Source: Octopus sinensis (taxonomy: Eukaryota). Taken from it: a DNA stretch of 64,000 bases. The position numbers were made by a program, and so were the translations under genes. The first letter of the stretch is position 1, and the number at the start of each line of letters is the position of its first letter. The DNA lies in assembly GCF_006345805.1 (NCBI RefSeq), contig NC_043008.1, positions 24,986,001 through 25,050,000 on the forward strand. The letters are read 5' to 3'. Shown one piece after another: positions 10,640-23,300 of the stretch. Under the pieces are notes generated by a model. The model was not told where the DNA came from, ran no database searches, and was given only the letters and a program-made list of their open reading frames with translations.

Positions 10640-13600
10640 GGATCTGTTGTCTTCGAATCATCTATCTGGTTTTGGGAAGCCTAATTTCTCAACACTGGTA
10701 CTTAGATAGCACCTTACATGTTCCAGTGTCCCAATAAATACAGGTATGATAAACCTGTAGCCCGGATAGAGTAACTGTAGTTTTCCCAATAAGTGTTTTC
10801 TTTTCCATTGATCTTTAGCTTTATGCTAACATTCGCTGTCCCAAATTACCATATCAGGCATATTATGTTTACATTTTATTCAGGTTTTCACTGAGACATT
10901 TCACCAGTACTCCTTCTTATCATGATAGGTTATGGTTCTTATTTCTTTGACCTCAGGATTATCTTTGCGACGTATCTTGTCTCATCAGTAGATATTACCG
11001 CGATGACATTTTTGAAACAACTGCTTATGACGTGGATGGTATCTTCAGTGTTAACTCCACAAAGTCTGCATCAGTTATTACATTTTGATGATTTACATGC
11101 GTCACTATCCCATTTGTGCACCAGATATATCAATGTTACGATCATCCCGGAACTTTCTGCTAGCATATCCATGCTAATATACGCTCATCTTTTCATCTGA
11201 TATGTAGCGGTAGAGTCGTGCAAGATCTTTGGGCGGGTAGTCAAGGTTATAAGACAAGTAATGTTGCTTGAGGAGCTGCTTTCCACGTCTCATGATCTGT
11301 CTCGTGTATGCAAACTTGGTTAAGGGATGCACTCTGATACTTGGTCGTTAAAATATGTTGCCGAATGGATATGGTACGACATTCGAAGGTCGATGTTAAG
11401 CCTCTGCTTCCTTGTTTTCGTTATAGGTAGTGGTGGCCTATTTGCTGTTCATGTGAAAATTATTTGTGCTGGTCAGTATCTTCCAGATTTTCTCATCAAG
11501 GATCCAATCATGTAGTCCAAATGTTGGTATGAGTACTGGTACTGTACAAAACATTGTGTGGGCCGCTGTTATATTTGACCTCAGAGGTCCATATTTTGAT
11601 TATCTTGTAATAATCTTTAGTGATATGTGTCCTGTCATAGGCACCATCACAAGATATGCTTTTCTCTATCCTTAGGTACCTGTAACATTCCTCATCCGAT
11701 ATAGAACAGTTAAGTCATTGATAGAGACGCTGCTAGTCTGGTTTACATTTGCCTCCTTTTCACAACCATATAGAAATATCTATCCAAACTCTAACCTACA
11801 TCCTTTGATAATGCTGTAATCAGGTCAAGGCTATTTTTCATCTCTTGACATACAGATCCAAGTCATCCGCAATAAAGCAGTGCGTAATTTTGGTATTTCT
11901 GTTTCCTTGTGAACTAGTGAGATACCCTTCAAACTTCCTCAACATGAATTACAAGGTGTTTACTGAAAGTATGAACAATATCACAGAGAGGCTGTACCTT
12001 GGAATGTACCTCTACGATACTGTATTTTATCAGTGATAAAATACAATCACTCCTTGTATTTAACTTCAAGGTGATGGCCCGCGCTGAAGTCAGATCAGTT
12101 ATAGCTTTGACTATGCTCTATGGAACTTTAGCAAGTCGAGGGGCGTCTAGCATCGATGAGTGGGGTACAGAGTCAAAGGCTTTCTTGTAGTCCAGCTATA
12201 TTGAAGCTAGGTTCCTCTGAAGTTCCTGCACCTCTGACATTACACTTTTGTTTATCAACAATTGAACAGCGCATCCCTAGACTCCTTTCTTCCCAGCGGC
12301 TTGTTCTGCTGTGATGATGATGATGCTACAAGTTAGTATCAAAAAGGTCCTGGACTAATTCTATAGTGCACCAGGAGATGGTAGCACACGGTTGAGTGCA
12401 CCATGAGAGCTAGTAGTGACCATCATGAGGCAATGTGACGAGTGAAATCGCTGTGTTTACTTCGCAAGGTGTGAAATTGTGATTTTGTGATCACGCGTAT
12501 TCTGCAGTCTGCGAATTTATCAAGGACAAAAAATCGAAACAAAGAGCCAACGTGACATTTTGCGTCAAAATTGAGAAGTCTGCTAGAGAGACGTTGAGCA
12601 TGTTTCAGCAAGCTTACGGCAACACGGCAATGTGTTGTACGCAATGTTTCGAGTGGTAGAGGCGCTTCAAAAGCAGAAGAAACTCCCTGGAAAACGATTA
12701 GTTATCTGGCAGATCTGCCACGAGCGTCATCCTCGGAAATGTGGAGAAAATGTTTCAGCTGTGCATGAGGATTGTCGAAGGACCATCAAAAACATTGCTG
12801 ATGTTGTAGGTCTGTCGTATGGGGTCGTGCAGGCAATCCTAACGTCTAAATTGCGGCGTGTCTCTGCCAAATTTGTCCAATGAACAGAAGGAACATGGCA
12901 TCGAAGTGTATCAAGATCTCCACCAGCGTGCCGCTGATAACCCGTCCTTCAGTTTGAGGATCATCACCAGTGATGAAAGTTGGGTTTACCTGGACGACCC
13001 TGAGACGAAGCAGCAGTCATCACAAGAGAAGAGGCCTTCGTCTTCTCTACCGAAGAAGGCACGACAGAGCCTCAGCTCAATCAAGAGCATGCTCATAGTG
13101 TTTTTCAGCATCCGTGGTATTGTGCATCGAGAATTCGTTCCTCGGGGCCAGACCGGCAATTGAAAGTTCTACTGCGACGTTGTGAAGCGTTTGAGGGAAG
13201 ACATTCCGCGAAATCGACCAGATCTGCGGAACGTGAGCTTTCCTCACTCGTGAGTGTCTTGCCAAAAACATGTTATCGCTTTCACATCCGTCCCATTCGA
13301 CAGATTTAGCACTTGCAGACTTCCATCTCTTCTCCAAGATGAAAATGTAGTTCACTGTTCGCCATTTTAACACTGTTGTCGAGATCTAGAAGGTCCTCGA
13401 TTGACTGACGGGAAAAACGTCCAGGCCGGACTTCAGAAGTAGGAGGAATGCTGTGCAAGGTGACTATGTCGAAGGATGTGATGTTAAAACTTAGGTAAAT
13501 GTGTTAGATTTTTATTAAACATAACTAGTTCGGAAAGTTTATGATGCCATCTCTTATTACTTTCACAATTGTCTTGGAGGAGGAGGTTTAAACTTTCCGT

Positions 13601-13975
13601 ATGCATATTTTATTTATCAAGTTCTGGTATGCAACTGGCGGTGTGGGTGGTTCTGATTTTGGACATCAGTTTTTTCTCTACCAGAGGTAACCATTAGGAT
13701 ATGCTATTATTTCCACTGAAAGCTTGCTGGTGCAGAATGATAAGATGTGGGTCGGTACAAGGTTAGCTTCTTAAATCAACAATTACGATTGCAAGGCTAT
13801 CACCAACAATATCTTGGGTGTAATACAGTGACAATTATTACTTCGAATTTGTTCCATCCCTTCGTTCCAGATTTTCCTCCAAAAAGAATCTATGTCTTCT
13901 CGCGAAGGAGCTTCTATGATATTCACAACTTTTCTCAAGTCTCTGTACACTGCTGCCTGATTCCGGTTAAACTTT
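10640..13975 (-). mobile_element. Degenerate R4/Dong-like non-LTR element, split by the mariner at 12329-13554
   Basis: Minus-strand remnants FWRKIWNE, EQAAGKKG, LDYKKAFDSVPH, RRGTFQG-SLSVILFILSVN, ADDLDLY, IPVFIGTL. Removing the mariner rejoins CESNSIIITAEQ. Confidence 0.8.
12329..13554 (+). mobile_element. Defective mariner transposon nested in the R4/Dong element
   Basis: TA at 12327-12328 and 13555-13556, degraded TIRs (consensus about cgaggg.gtatcaaaaagtttccggactag). Remnants KQRANVTFCVKIEKSARETL and IITSDESWVYLDDPETKQQSSQ. Confidence 0.85.
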
Positions 13976-14888
13976 TTGTTTACTGTTTTTTTTTTTGTTT
14001 TATTCTTTTCTGATATATGTATGTATGTATGAAGGAATAACTGAATGAATGAGTATATGTATGCGTATGCGTGTATATCTGAGTGAAAGAGGAAGAGAAA
14101 AATTGCGTAAGATTATATGTGTACTTATAATTGTAGTTAGATGTGTTATGTATATATACGTTCATTAGACATCGTGATCAGCAACAGAAATGATTGGTGC
14201 AATTGTAAATTATTACATAAATATCGATTTTAGCAAAAACATTTGGCTCCTAACGTTAGATAATGCCATTATCAGTATTTTTAGATCTATATTGTAAATA
14301 TATATTGAAGTGAATTCAAGATTTAGAGCTGTCACAGAGCACCGGAGATGAAAACGAAAAATAATAAAACTACTTCGAGATTACTTCTACACACAAAGAA
14401 ATTACAACTTACCAAGATAAAATAAGATTTCGATAAGCAGTGAGAGAATATTGTACAAAATGGCTGTCATTGGCTGTTGACAAAAATAGCAAAAGATTCC
14501 TCAAATAGTGAGAAAAATTTCAACATAGGATATTTGTCTTTGTTAGGAATCGTGTAAAGTCATATTTATTATGGTATGATGCATTTTTCTCTTTTACATG
14601 GAGAATGTTTGTTATTTATATAGGTGTAGGTTTCACTTTAGATATTTCTATTTCTGTAAAATTGTAATGTGTGGTAGAAATGCTTCTTGTCAGATTGCTT
14701 TATACCATTTCAGTTATGTTCCTTATTGTTTTGTGTTCAAAACCTACCAAAAGTGTCTTTGATTTTACTATTCAGAGGTAGATGCAATTCACTATAATAT
14801 TCATATATAGGGAAACATTTTTTCATGTTCGTGTACGCTTAGACTGCATAAAACATACATTAAGAGTTTTCTATATAGTCAAAAATGT

Positions 14889-15050
14889 CATCCATCCATC
14901 CATCCATCCGTCCGTCCATCCATCCGTTCATCCCTCCGTCCGTCCACCCATCCGTCTATCCATCCGTTGATCCGTCGATCGATCGATCGATCCATCCATC
15001 CGTCCGTCAATCCGTCCGACAGTCCGTCCGTCTTTCTCGCCATCCATCCA
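14889..15050. repeat. (CCAT)n/(CCGT)n/(CGAT)n compound microsatellite
   Basis: Direct reading. Confidence 0.95.
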
Positions 15051-15649
15051 GCTGCCAATCCATCCTACATAAACCTCATCACGCACCTATGTATTATTGT
15101 TTGTTGTTATGTCACGTTATATACAAAACCATTTAGAATTAAAGTGAAGAATTACAAAGTACACATTTTGAAAGAAGGTTGACAAGTCGAAATTTCACCT
15201 TGTCTGGCTTCGTCAGATAGGCTGACGAAGGGAGCTAGTCGTAACTTTGAAGTCACTCTCAACTTTCTCGTTATAAAAGTTTAATATATACACATATAGA
15301 TAGATAGAGTAGATATATGCATACATACATATATATATATATGCTTTCGGTGCGAATAGTTTTGTTATACGGTGCTGGTATTTTTATATAAGCTTAAAGC
15401 TTATGGCTATCACCGTGCAATGACTAAGGAAAATAGTCTAATAACGGGGCATATAATCCCTCAACAGATAAAAGAAAGCTTCCCTATCCGCGTGGGACTC
15501 AAGCCCTCATCCTTTTGTTAACACAACTGTTTTACCTTTATACCAACGAATCAGCCACCCTGTTTCTGTCAAATCTAAGAACTATATTAGTTCGTATTCG
15601 TAGGGTAATTTATTCTCTGATCACACAATGTTGTATGGTGAATAAAGTT

Positions 15650-15830
15650 GTATGGTTCAGAAATTCGCTTCGTAACTGCGTGGTTAGGGTTTTAGTTCCG
15701 TGTGGCGCTTTAGGTTAAGTGTCTTTAACCTTTAGGCCGACCGGAGCTCAAATAAAACTTGTATCAAATTTACCGAAATTCTTTCTTGGATTTATTTGAT
15801 GCAAGGAAACTGTTTGAAAGCGCGTTGTAT
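15650..15830 (+). mobile_element. Highly degraded SINE (family of 25957-26533)
   Basis: Weak similarity: gttccgtgtggcgctttaggttaagtgtct..ggccgacc..ggaaactg. Confidence 0.45.
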
Positions 15831-16504
15831 GTACATAGCATAATATACATACATAATTATGGGTGTGCGTGTGTGTATCTGTAAATATATATGACTTCCT
15901 TGCGGGGATACGGGATTTCGATATACAACCATTATATACTATAAAGCATATTAAACGTTTTTATAAGTCAATACCGTGTTCGACTGCGTTAGCAGTACAC
16001 TTTATATCACTTGTTAAGGTTATCAACCGTTAACTGTTTATCAAACGTCATTTGTATATATAACAGAAGGAAAGAAAACGGAGACTAAATTCAGTCTGCT
16101 AAAAGGAATTCATAATCACACATATAACATCCAAAGGTGCATCTTTTCTCCTCTGATGATATTGTGCTTATGTCACATAAATGTAAATTTAATGCTTATT
16201 GAGTATTCATTGAAACGGTTGTAAGTGAAGATCACCAATTTGCTGTTAATAATAAACAATTATATAAACTTCCTAATCTCCATTTTCTTTACTTCTTTTA
16301 AATGAATATAAACTATATGTTTTTATATACACCTATTATTTTAAGGAAATTCACTCCCCCAAAGTACTAGGTATTGAACCAGTATTTCTTTGGATGACAA
16401 CAGCCCTTCCAGAGGTTTACACATATTCTAATGTAACACACACACGCACACACACACATATATATATATATGTACGTATGCATGTATCCATATGTATATA
16501 CTAC

Positions 16505-16586
<82 letters not shown>

Positions 16587-16587
<1 letters not shown>

Positions 16588-18465
16588 TCTCGACTTTTCT
16601 GGGGTAAGATATGCAGTAAGCAAGAAGAAACTGTTTCTTGTCCTCAGCAAGAGACTACCCACTTCACAGAAGACAGTATCAGAAATTTGAGTAAAAAGAT
16701 AAGCAACTAGAAAACAGTAGGACCAGATGGTGTACTTGGATTTTGAATAAAAAAGTTAAGTAGTTGCCATAAATTGATCGCAGAGCAATTTCATGCATTG
16801 CTCAGTGGAGAAGATATTCCGGACTGGTTGACAAAAGGAGGAACGGTGATGTGTCAGAAGGAAGCATCGAAGGGAAATGCTGCTGATAATTACTGGCCAA
16901 TTTCTAGCTTCCCATTAATGTGGAAGTTATTGTCAGGAGGAATTGCAGAACTGTACAAATTTCTTGATGAGAACGATATGTTACCAACGGATCAAAAAAG
17001 CTGTAAACAAGATTGTAAACGAAAGAGAACACATTTAGGAATGGCCTGAATTGACTATCGCAACGTATATAATATGAATCCACATTCGTGGATCATCGCG
17101 TGCTTAGATCTGTTTGGTAATGCGAGGAATACAACGTGTTTCCTAAAGAGAAGCATGATAGGGTGGAAAACTGAACTGAAACCTTACGGAAAAAGCTTGG
17201 GCATCCTGCGTATCAGAAGAGGGATTTCCGAGGGTGATAGCCGACCTCCGTTGCTTTTAGTTCTCTGCATAATACCCTTCACCTTAATACTTAGTACAGA
17301 AAATGAACCTGGGACACCAACTAAAGGGAAAATCCCAAACAATCAACCATCTCCTTCTCATGGATGATTTGAAACTATATGGCAAGGATGCGACACAAGT
17401 ACTTTGGTGAACACGGTCCACTGTTTTAGTGCTGATAATATTAGAATGGAAATCGGACTCAAGACGTGCGGAATAGTCTACCTAAAAAGAAGCAAGGTAT
17501 AGTCACTAGCACTGAATCATGCATCTCACGGCATTTTGCGTTTCTCACTCTCAGTGACCCCTTCTGAAGTTTCTACATACCACGTTTTTGTTTTTGTAGA
17601 CCGTGATTTCTACAGAGCTCCCAATGGATAATTCTTGCCACGTTGTCACGGCGTCTTTTGTATTCGCGTTGTACAAATTTCAGGAATTAGCTAACGATGT
17701 GCCAAACCGTTTCACCCCTCTCACCACACATTCTGCTTTTGTCGATGTCGGTAGAGTTCTCTATTCTGCACTTCGCATAGTGGGTTCTTACTGCTGCGTA
17801 TATGAGCTGCATATATGAGTGCTTCTGTCCCTATCTTCAGGACACTCCTCCTCATTCACAGCCACCGGTCCTCCGTATCTGTCTTAGCGTTCACATCACT
17901 TGCGAACTGACCGTACACTTTTCCCCCTTCCATGCTGTTTCTTTTTTGTTTGCCTTCATTTCTTGTTTAAATATTTCTTTCTTTACACAGTTCTCAGTTT
18001 TGATGACGCCGGCCTTCTTCGTATGTTTCAATAACGGTTCCACAGTATTTTTCATATACCACCCTAATCTGTTTTCCTCTGCTTCGATACAGTTCTGGCA
18101 ACTGATCATGCCTTTCCTACCCTTTCGCCGGAAAAAGTAGTGCCTATCGATGTTACTTTTAGGCTCTGTGTGCTGTCAACATTTTTATTGTCTTTTTATC
18201 CATTTTCATCACTTCTCTATTTTGCCATTTTACAATTCCAGATGCATACTGAAGGATGCGATCGCCCACGTATTAACTGCTTGCATTTTATTCCATCCAC
18301 TCAATTTTCAGCGCAACACCCACCTTAGTCTTCGGAAATATTCCATCCTCAGTTGCTCATTCATTTCTTTCTCCATTATACCGTTCAACAATAGTACACC
18401 AAGGTATTTGTGGCCGTCCATTTCAATTTGTTTAATCAATTCTGTATTCGGTAATTCTATCCAGC
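16587..18465. mobile_element. Degenerate R4/Dong-like element: RT half on + (16587 to about 17508), post-RT half inverted on - (about 18465 to 17510)
   Basis: + strand: FWGKI, GPDGV, NYWPISSFPLMWKLLSG, GDSRPPLL, MDDLKLYGK, LKRSKV. - strand: IKQIEMDGHKYLG, GMISCQNCIEAEENRLGWY, RRDNVARIIHWELC. Starts directly after (AAT)n. Confidence 0.8.
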
Positions 18466-18487
18466 TTCAGGTGGGTTATTATTCTTT

Positions 18488-18692
18488 TCTACTCTAGGTA
18501 CAAGGCCCGAATTTTGTGGGGAAGGGGGCCAGTCAATATAGATGAACACCAGTACACAACTGGTGCTTGATTTATCGACACCGAAAGGATGAAAGGCAAA
18601 GTCGACCGCGGCGGAACTCAGAATGTAAAGACAGATGAAATACCCCTAAGCATTTCCCCTTGCGTGCTAACGTTTCTGACTGCTCGCCACTT
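18488..18692 (-). mobile_element. SINE (family of 4676)
   Basis: Reverse complement of ggcgagc..gaaacgttagcacgc..gcctttcatcctttcgg body. Confidence 0.8.
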
Positions 18693-18984
18693 CAGGTGGG
18701 TTATTACTGTAGCACTTTTGATTATTCTTGAATATTTCCTCGTTAGCCGACAGTCTACATATATGAAGAGAAATATTTTTCACGTTAGAAACAGTAAATT
18801 TCGGGGATGATTTGCATTTTCATGTAATGTGTTTAGAGTTATCATTGGGTTTGTGCTTCGGTTGGTATGTTCCCGTACCCAAATCTAAATTAACATCTAG
18901 AAAATTATTCTTACTATGTCCATTTTCAATGGAAGAGGACGAACCTAGACCTTTAAACAATACAAAGCGCATTTCCAGCCAGGA

Positions 18985-19174
18985 TGTGTGCGTGTGGAGG
19001 CACGTGGAGGTTTCGATTCCTGGACCGGATGATACGTTTAAGTTCTTGTGCAAAACACTTACTTTCGCTGTGTTCCACTCCACTCAGCTGACAATAAGTA
19101 TTTTCTGCGACGGACTGGGTATAAATACGCCATGGAAATCAAATCTTATATGACTTGAGAAGGGTCTTTATCCT

Positions 19175-19175
<1 letters not shown>
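18985..19175 (+). mobile_element. Degraded tRNA-derived SINE
   Basis: B-box gtttcgattcc followed by gcaaaacacttactttcgctgtgttccactccactcagctg core-like segment. Confidence 0.55.
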
Positions 19176-19219
<44 letters not shown>

Positions 19220-19223
<4 letters not shown>

Positions 19224-19650
19224 ATAATAATTATTAGGGTGGTAGACACAATTTAAAACCAAAAAGTAAATAATTCACCGTCACTAAAAGTGACTAAGCG
19301 TGCAGGGAGCACGAGCATTGCAAGAAATGAGTGTAAGACTCTTTAGCCACAGACAAAGCTCATTCGTGGGGGTCACCATTATTATCTCCCTATCATTTAA
19401 CCCCTCTTTATTTTTATCTTACTTTCATTTTACCTCTTTCTATCCCAATCATTCGTGATGTTGAACCGCTGAATAATACACGATTTGTTCCTTCTCTCTC
19501 TATTTATTTACTCTTATTTCTTTCTGTTGGAGAGCGTAGGCTCGAAACGTAAAAGACTTCTCCATGTTCCCGAGTGTCAAACTAATACACTTGCTTGTTG
19601 TTCCTATAGTGGTCTTCGTCTTTTGTTTTTTTTATAAATTTGAACTATAT
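19220..19650 (+). mobile_element. Penelope-like 3'/terminal repeat fragment between (TA)n tracts
   Basis: 3' part is homologous to 42420-42570 and carries a minimal hammerhead motif. Confidence 0.55.
19519..19556 (+). ncRNA. Minimal hammerhead-like motif with variant core CUGUUGG
   Basis: ucuuu-CUGUUGG-a-gagc-guag-gcuc-GAAA-C-G-U-A-aaaga. Loopless palindromic ACGU helix III; two core deviations. Confidence 0.5.
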
Positions 19651-19667
19651 ATACACACATACATACA

Positions 19668-19770
<103 letters not shown>

Positions 19771-19809
19771 TATATATATATATGTATGTATGTATTTATA
19801 TACATTGTG

Positions 19810-20313
19810 ACTCCCTTCGATCATAATGACCATAGGATTGGACCTAGAAAGTTACCCTCCGAGGCACAAGTCTGGGGAAGGTTGTTTATGGAAGGCCAGC
19901 AGTCACCCATGTGTACCAGCCTCCCTTCTCCACACCACCAGTGTTATCCAAGAGAAAGGCAAAGGCCGATACAGCTTGGCACCAGTGATGTCGCAGCTCA
20001 TTTATTAATGTGCCAGTGGCTGAGCATTCCACAGACACGTGTACCCTTAACTTAGTTCTCGGGGAGATTCAGCGTGACACAGAGTGTGACAAGCCTGGCT
20101 CTTTGAAATACAGGTACACTAGAAACAGGAAGAAAGAGTGAGAGAAAGTTGTGGTGGAAGTGTACAGCAGGGTTCACCACCACCCCCTGCCGGAGCCTCG
20201 TAGAGCTTTAGGTGTTTTCGCTCAAATAACACGCACTATACGTGGTCAGGGAATCGAAACCACAATCCTACGATTGCGAGTCGGCTGGCCTAACCCCTGG
20301 GCCATAGTGTCTC

Positions 20314-20320
<7 letters not shown>
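19810..20320 (-). mobile_element. tRNA-derived SINE (family of 6165) plus adjacent repeat fragment
   Basis: Minus-strand head tggcccaggggttagg..gtttcgattccc, body shared with 6165-6420. The left part (19810-19990) is unclassified. Confidence 0.7.
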
Positions 20321-20344
<24 letters not shown>

Positions 20345-20369
20345 GGTGATTGTCTACTCCTAATGCAGA

Positions 20370-23300
20370 GTCTGACCACCTCTTGTACCTACACCTTTTA
20401 AAACAGGCAACGTATTGAAAAGACACCCACATTAATTGCATGTCCAATTAGAACCACCAAGAGCTGCAGTTAAGTTCTGATCTTTGTGGATCTTAAAACG
20501 TCTTTTTAGGTCTCCATTAGATGTGCAGACATTATAGCATACATGGCATTGAAAGGTCTGTAGAGATTATAGGCATGATAGTTGGTGGAAATTTGTTTTT
20601 CATGGGGCCGCAAATGAGATTTGAGCCCAGCAAAAGAAAGGCATGTTCTGTCATAAACTGTGCGCACAAAAAGGTCATTGTGATTCACCGTCTCGATCGT
20701 AACATTCTTCTTGAAATCGCTCTTGTGTCTTGCACACGTTATCCTAGCCTCGTCGAACGCTTTCACTCCACTCCACACTTTTGTTCGTCACCCACCTCGA
20801 TCCGAAGCGAGGGTTTCTATATCCTCATACTGTCTGACAGGTACCGACTCGACCACCCGAATGTGCCAACGTGGACATGGAGGAGGCGCAACAGGGCAAG
20901 AAAGCCACCATTCTGTCACTGGTAGATGAACAGAGGTGAACTTCAGTGCCTACCTGCACAGCCTGCCACGACTCTCGACAAGAGAGGCAGGGTGCTGCGA
21001 AGGTGCCATCATGACAGCACGCGAAGGCAGAATGCTCGAGAGACAAATCGCCGGGTTTGGAGCGTCTACCTTACGATCTTTACAGTTGTATGCCAGACTT
21101 GTTTGGAGGCGTCTTGGCAGCAGTATACTGCAACTGGTAGCAAAACGAGAACATCCCCGGTTTTGTGGGCCGAGGAACCGTAACTCCACTGAAGAAAGAT
21201 CCAAACAAGGAGGACGTCATAGATAACTTTAGGCCCATCACTCTACTCAATGCAGACTTGAAAATTTTGGCCAGGGTGTTAGCCTAGAGGTTGGTGCTTG
21301 TCATCGAGAAACTGGTCGAGAAAGCGCAAATGTTAGACCATTGGTACTTGGAGGCTGTCTTCATAGCGGCTAGTTTCGGTCTCGTCTTCCGCGGCTGGAT
21401 AGCTGCTTTGTACAGAGGCATCCGTTCGGTAATTCGCATAAATGGACATCTATCGAGACCTTTCGACATTGCACGTTCGGTCCGTCAGGGATGCCCCGCC
21501 TTGTCGCTTCTATACGTATTGACTCTCGACCCACTACTTCGGAAGCTGGCGACGCTGAGGGGCATCCTACGAGAGCTGGGATACAGGAGGGGCGTGTCTG
21601 CATACGCGGACGTCTCACCGTCATAGTGTCTAGCCAGAAGCACATCGAGCTTGTCGGCGAGACACTGAAAGACTACGAAGCTGTGATAGGTGCAAAAATC
21701 AACCGGGAAAAGTCAGTGGGCTTGCGAATCGGTACCTGGAGAAACAAGCTCATGCCGTCCAACAGCGCCTTCGTCGTGGGACGCTGGACTGATGGTCCGG
21801 TCGAGTTGCTCGGGGTCTGGTTTGGTCCTGACCTCCAAACGGAGAAGAACTGGAACAACCATAACGAGTAGGGTGGTCACTCTCGCCCAGCAAGAGGAAA
21901 CTGTCCCTAAAAGGTCGGGCGGAGGTGGCGAATACGTACATCGCGTCCGTCATCTACTACCGCCTGACTGTCGTGCCTTGTCCCGAACCTACCATCACCA
22001 AACTAGAACGCATTCTCTTCCGCTTCTTGTGGAAAGGATGAGTTCCGTTGGTCAGGCGATCCGTTTGCTGCCAACACCCTTTAAAAGGAGGACTGGGCAT
22101 GTCGTGGTCGCTGAGACTGCGACATCTCTGGCTCTATGAAGACGACGGTGAACGGGTGTGGTCACCGTTTGTGAGGCGCGCTTTCCCGCAGCTCGTTTCC
22201 ATGACCGAACTGCAGTCGTGGATCAAAAAGATGCCGAGGAAGAGCGAATAGCACCGCGAGTGTCACGTTGCTCTCAAGCAACTATGGCATCCCGGGGCCG
22301 ACCTTGAGCGACTTCAACACAACCAAATATTCTGTAGGGGATTAGTGGAGGGGAAGTACGACAACTATCTCGGGGCGAACCTGGGCGTCGACGAGGAATA
22401 CCTGGACCCGCCTGTTCAAGACGACTTTCGGACCGAGACCTACGGACAACTTCCAGAGATCCCTGGCCTAGAGAAGTGCTACCCGTTCGGGATAAAGCTC
22501 TACAGGAATGAATCGAGAAACACAGGGTCGACCTGTCCGAAATGCGGTCAGAGCAACGAAACCGTCCTGCACCCACTCGCAGAGTGTCCAACCATTTCCG
22601 ACCTGTCGGCCTGTCGGCCTGTCGGACGACTGCAATCGCGTGTGGGGCGAGTCAGTTCGTCAACTGAGTCTATCTCGGATATTGTCGCGTCTCCTTCCTT
22701 GAAACGGGAAGGAAGAGCCATTTTCATCGTACTTGTGGCTATGGCGAAAGAATGTGTATGGTGGACGCGCTTAAAGGGTCTAGAGACAAACACTTTCCTC
22801 ACTGGTCAATCTCTCATCAACTTCTTCAAGTATCACTTGAAGAGGAAGGTGAGAGTAAAGAGGGACGTTTTGTCTAGTGAATGTTTAAAAAAAAGATGGG
22901 TGAATGCAGCAAGGATGGCACGTGTGAATGACGGTGCCAGCTTGAGCATAATCCTATGAACCAAAAAAAAAGGAGAAAGAGAGTCACTTACTGTAAAGTG
23001 TTTTTTGGATGACACTATTGCCCAAGGTTACCGTGTTCTTTCCCGTAGGCTTTTATTTCCACGGATAAACAGAATCTGTTTTCCATGTTTACATTGACAT
23101 TTCTGTGATATACGATCCCTATTGATCGCACTCTTTTTTTTTTTCCACGATCCCTTTTGATTGGAATTCGACCCACTTTTTTTCTTCACTTCTTCCCAAA
23201 AAGAAAAGCTCTACATTGTATTTTATCCCCTATGTGTTCAGCCCTGTGTGGCCAATAAAGAAACATATATCCTCTGGATGCATTCCAAGTGACTTCATGG

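Noticed and set aside
15208-15230. cttcgtcag/ctgacgaag 9-bp hairpin with CUGACGA on both strands
   Set aside because: No matching GAAA, helix III and NUH could be built on either strand. At most a decayed Penelope remnant.
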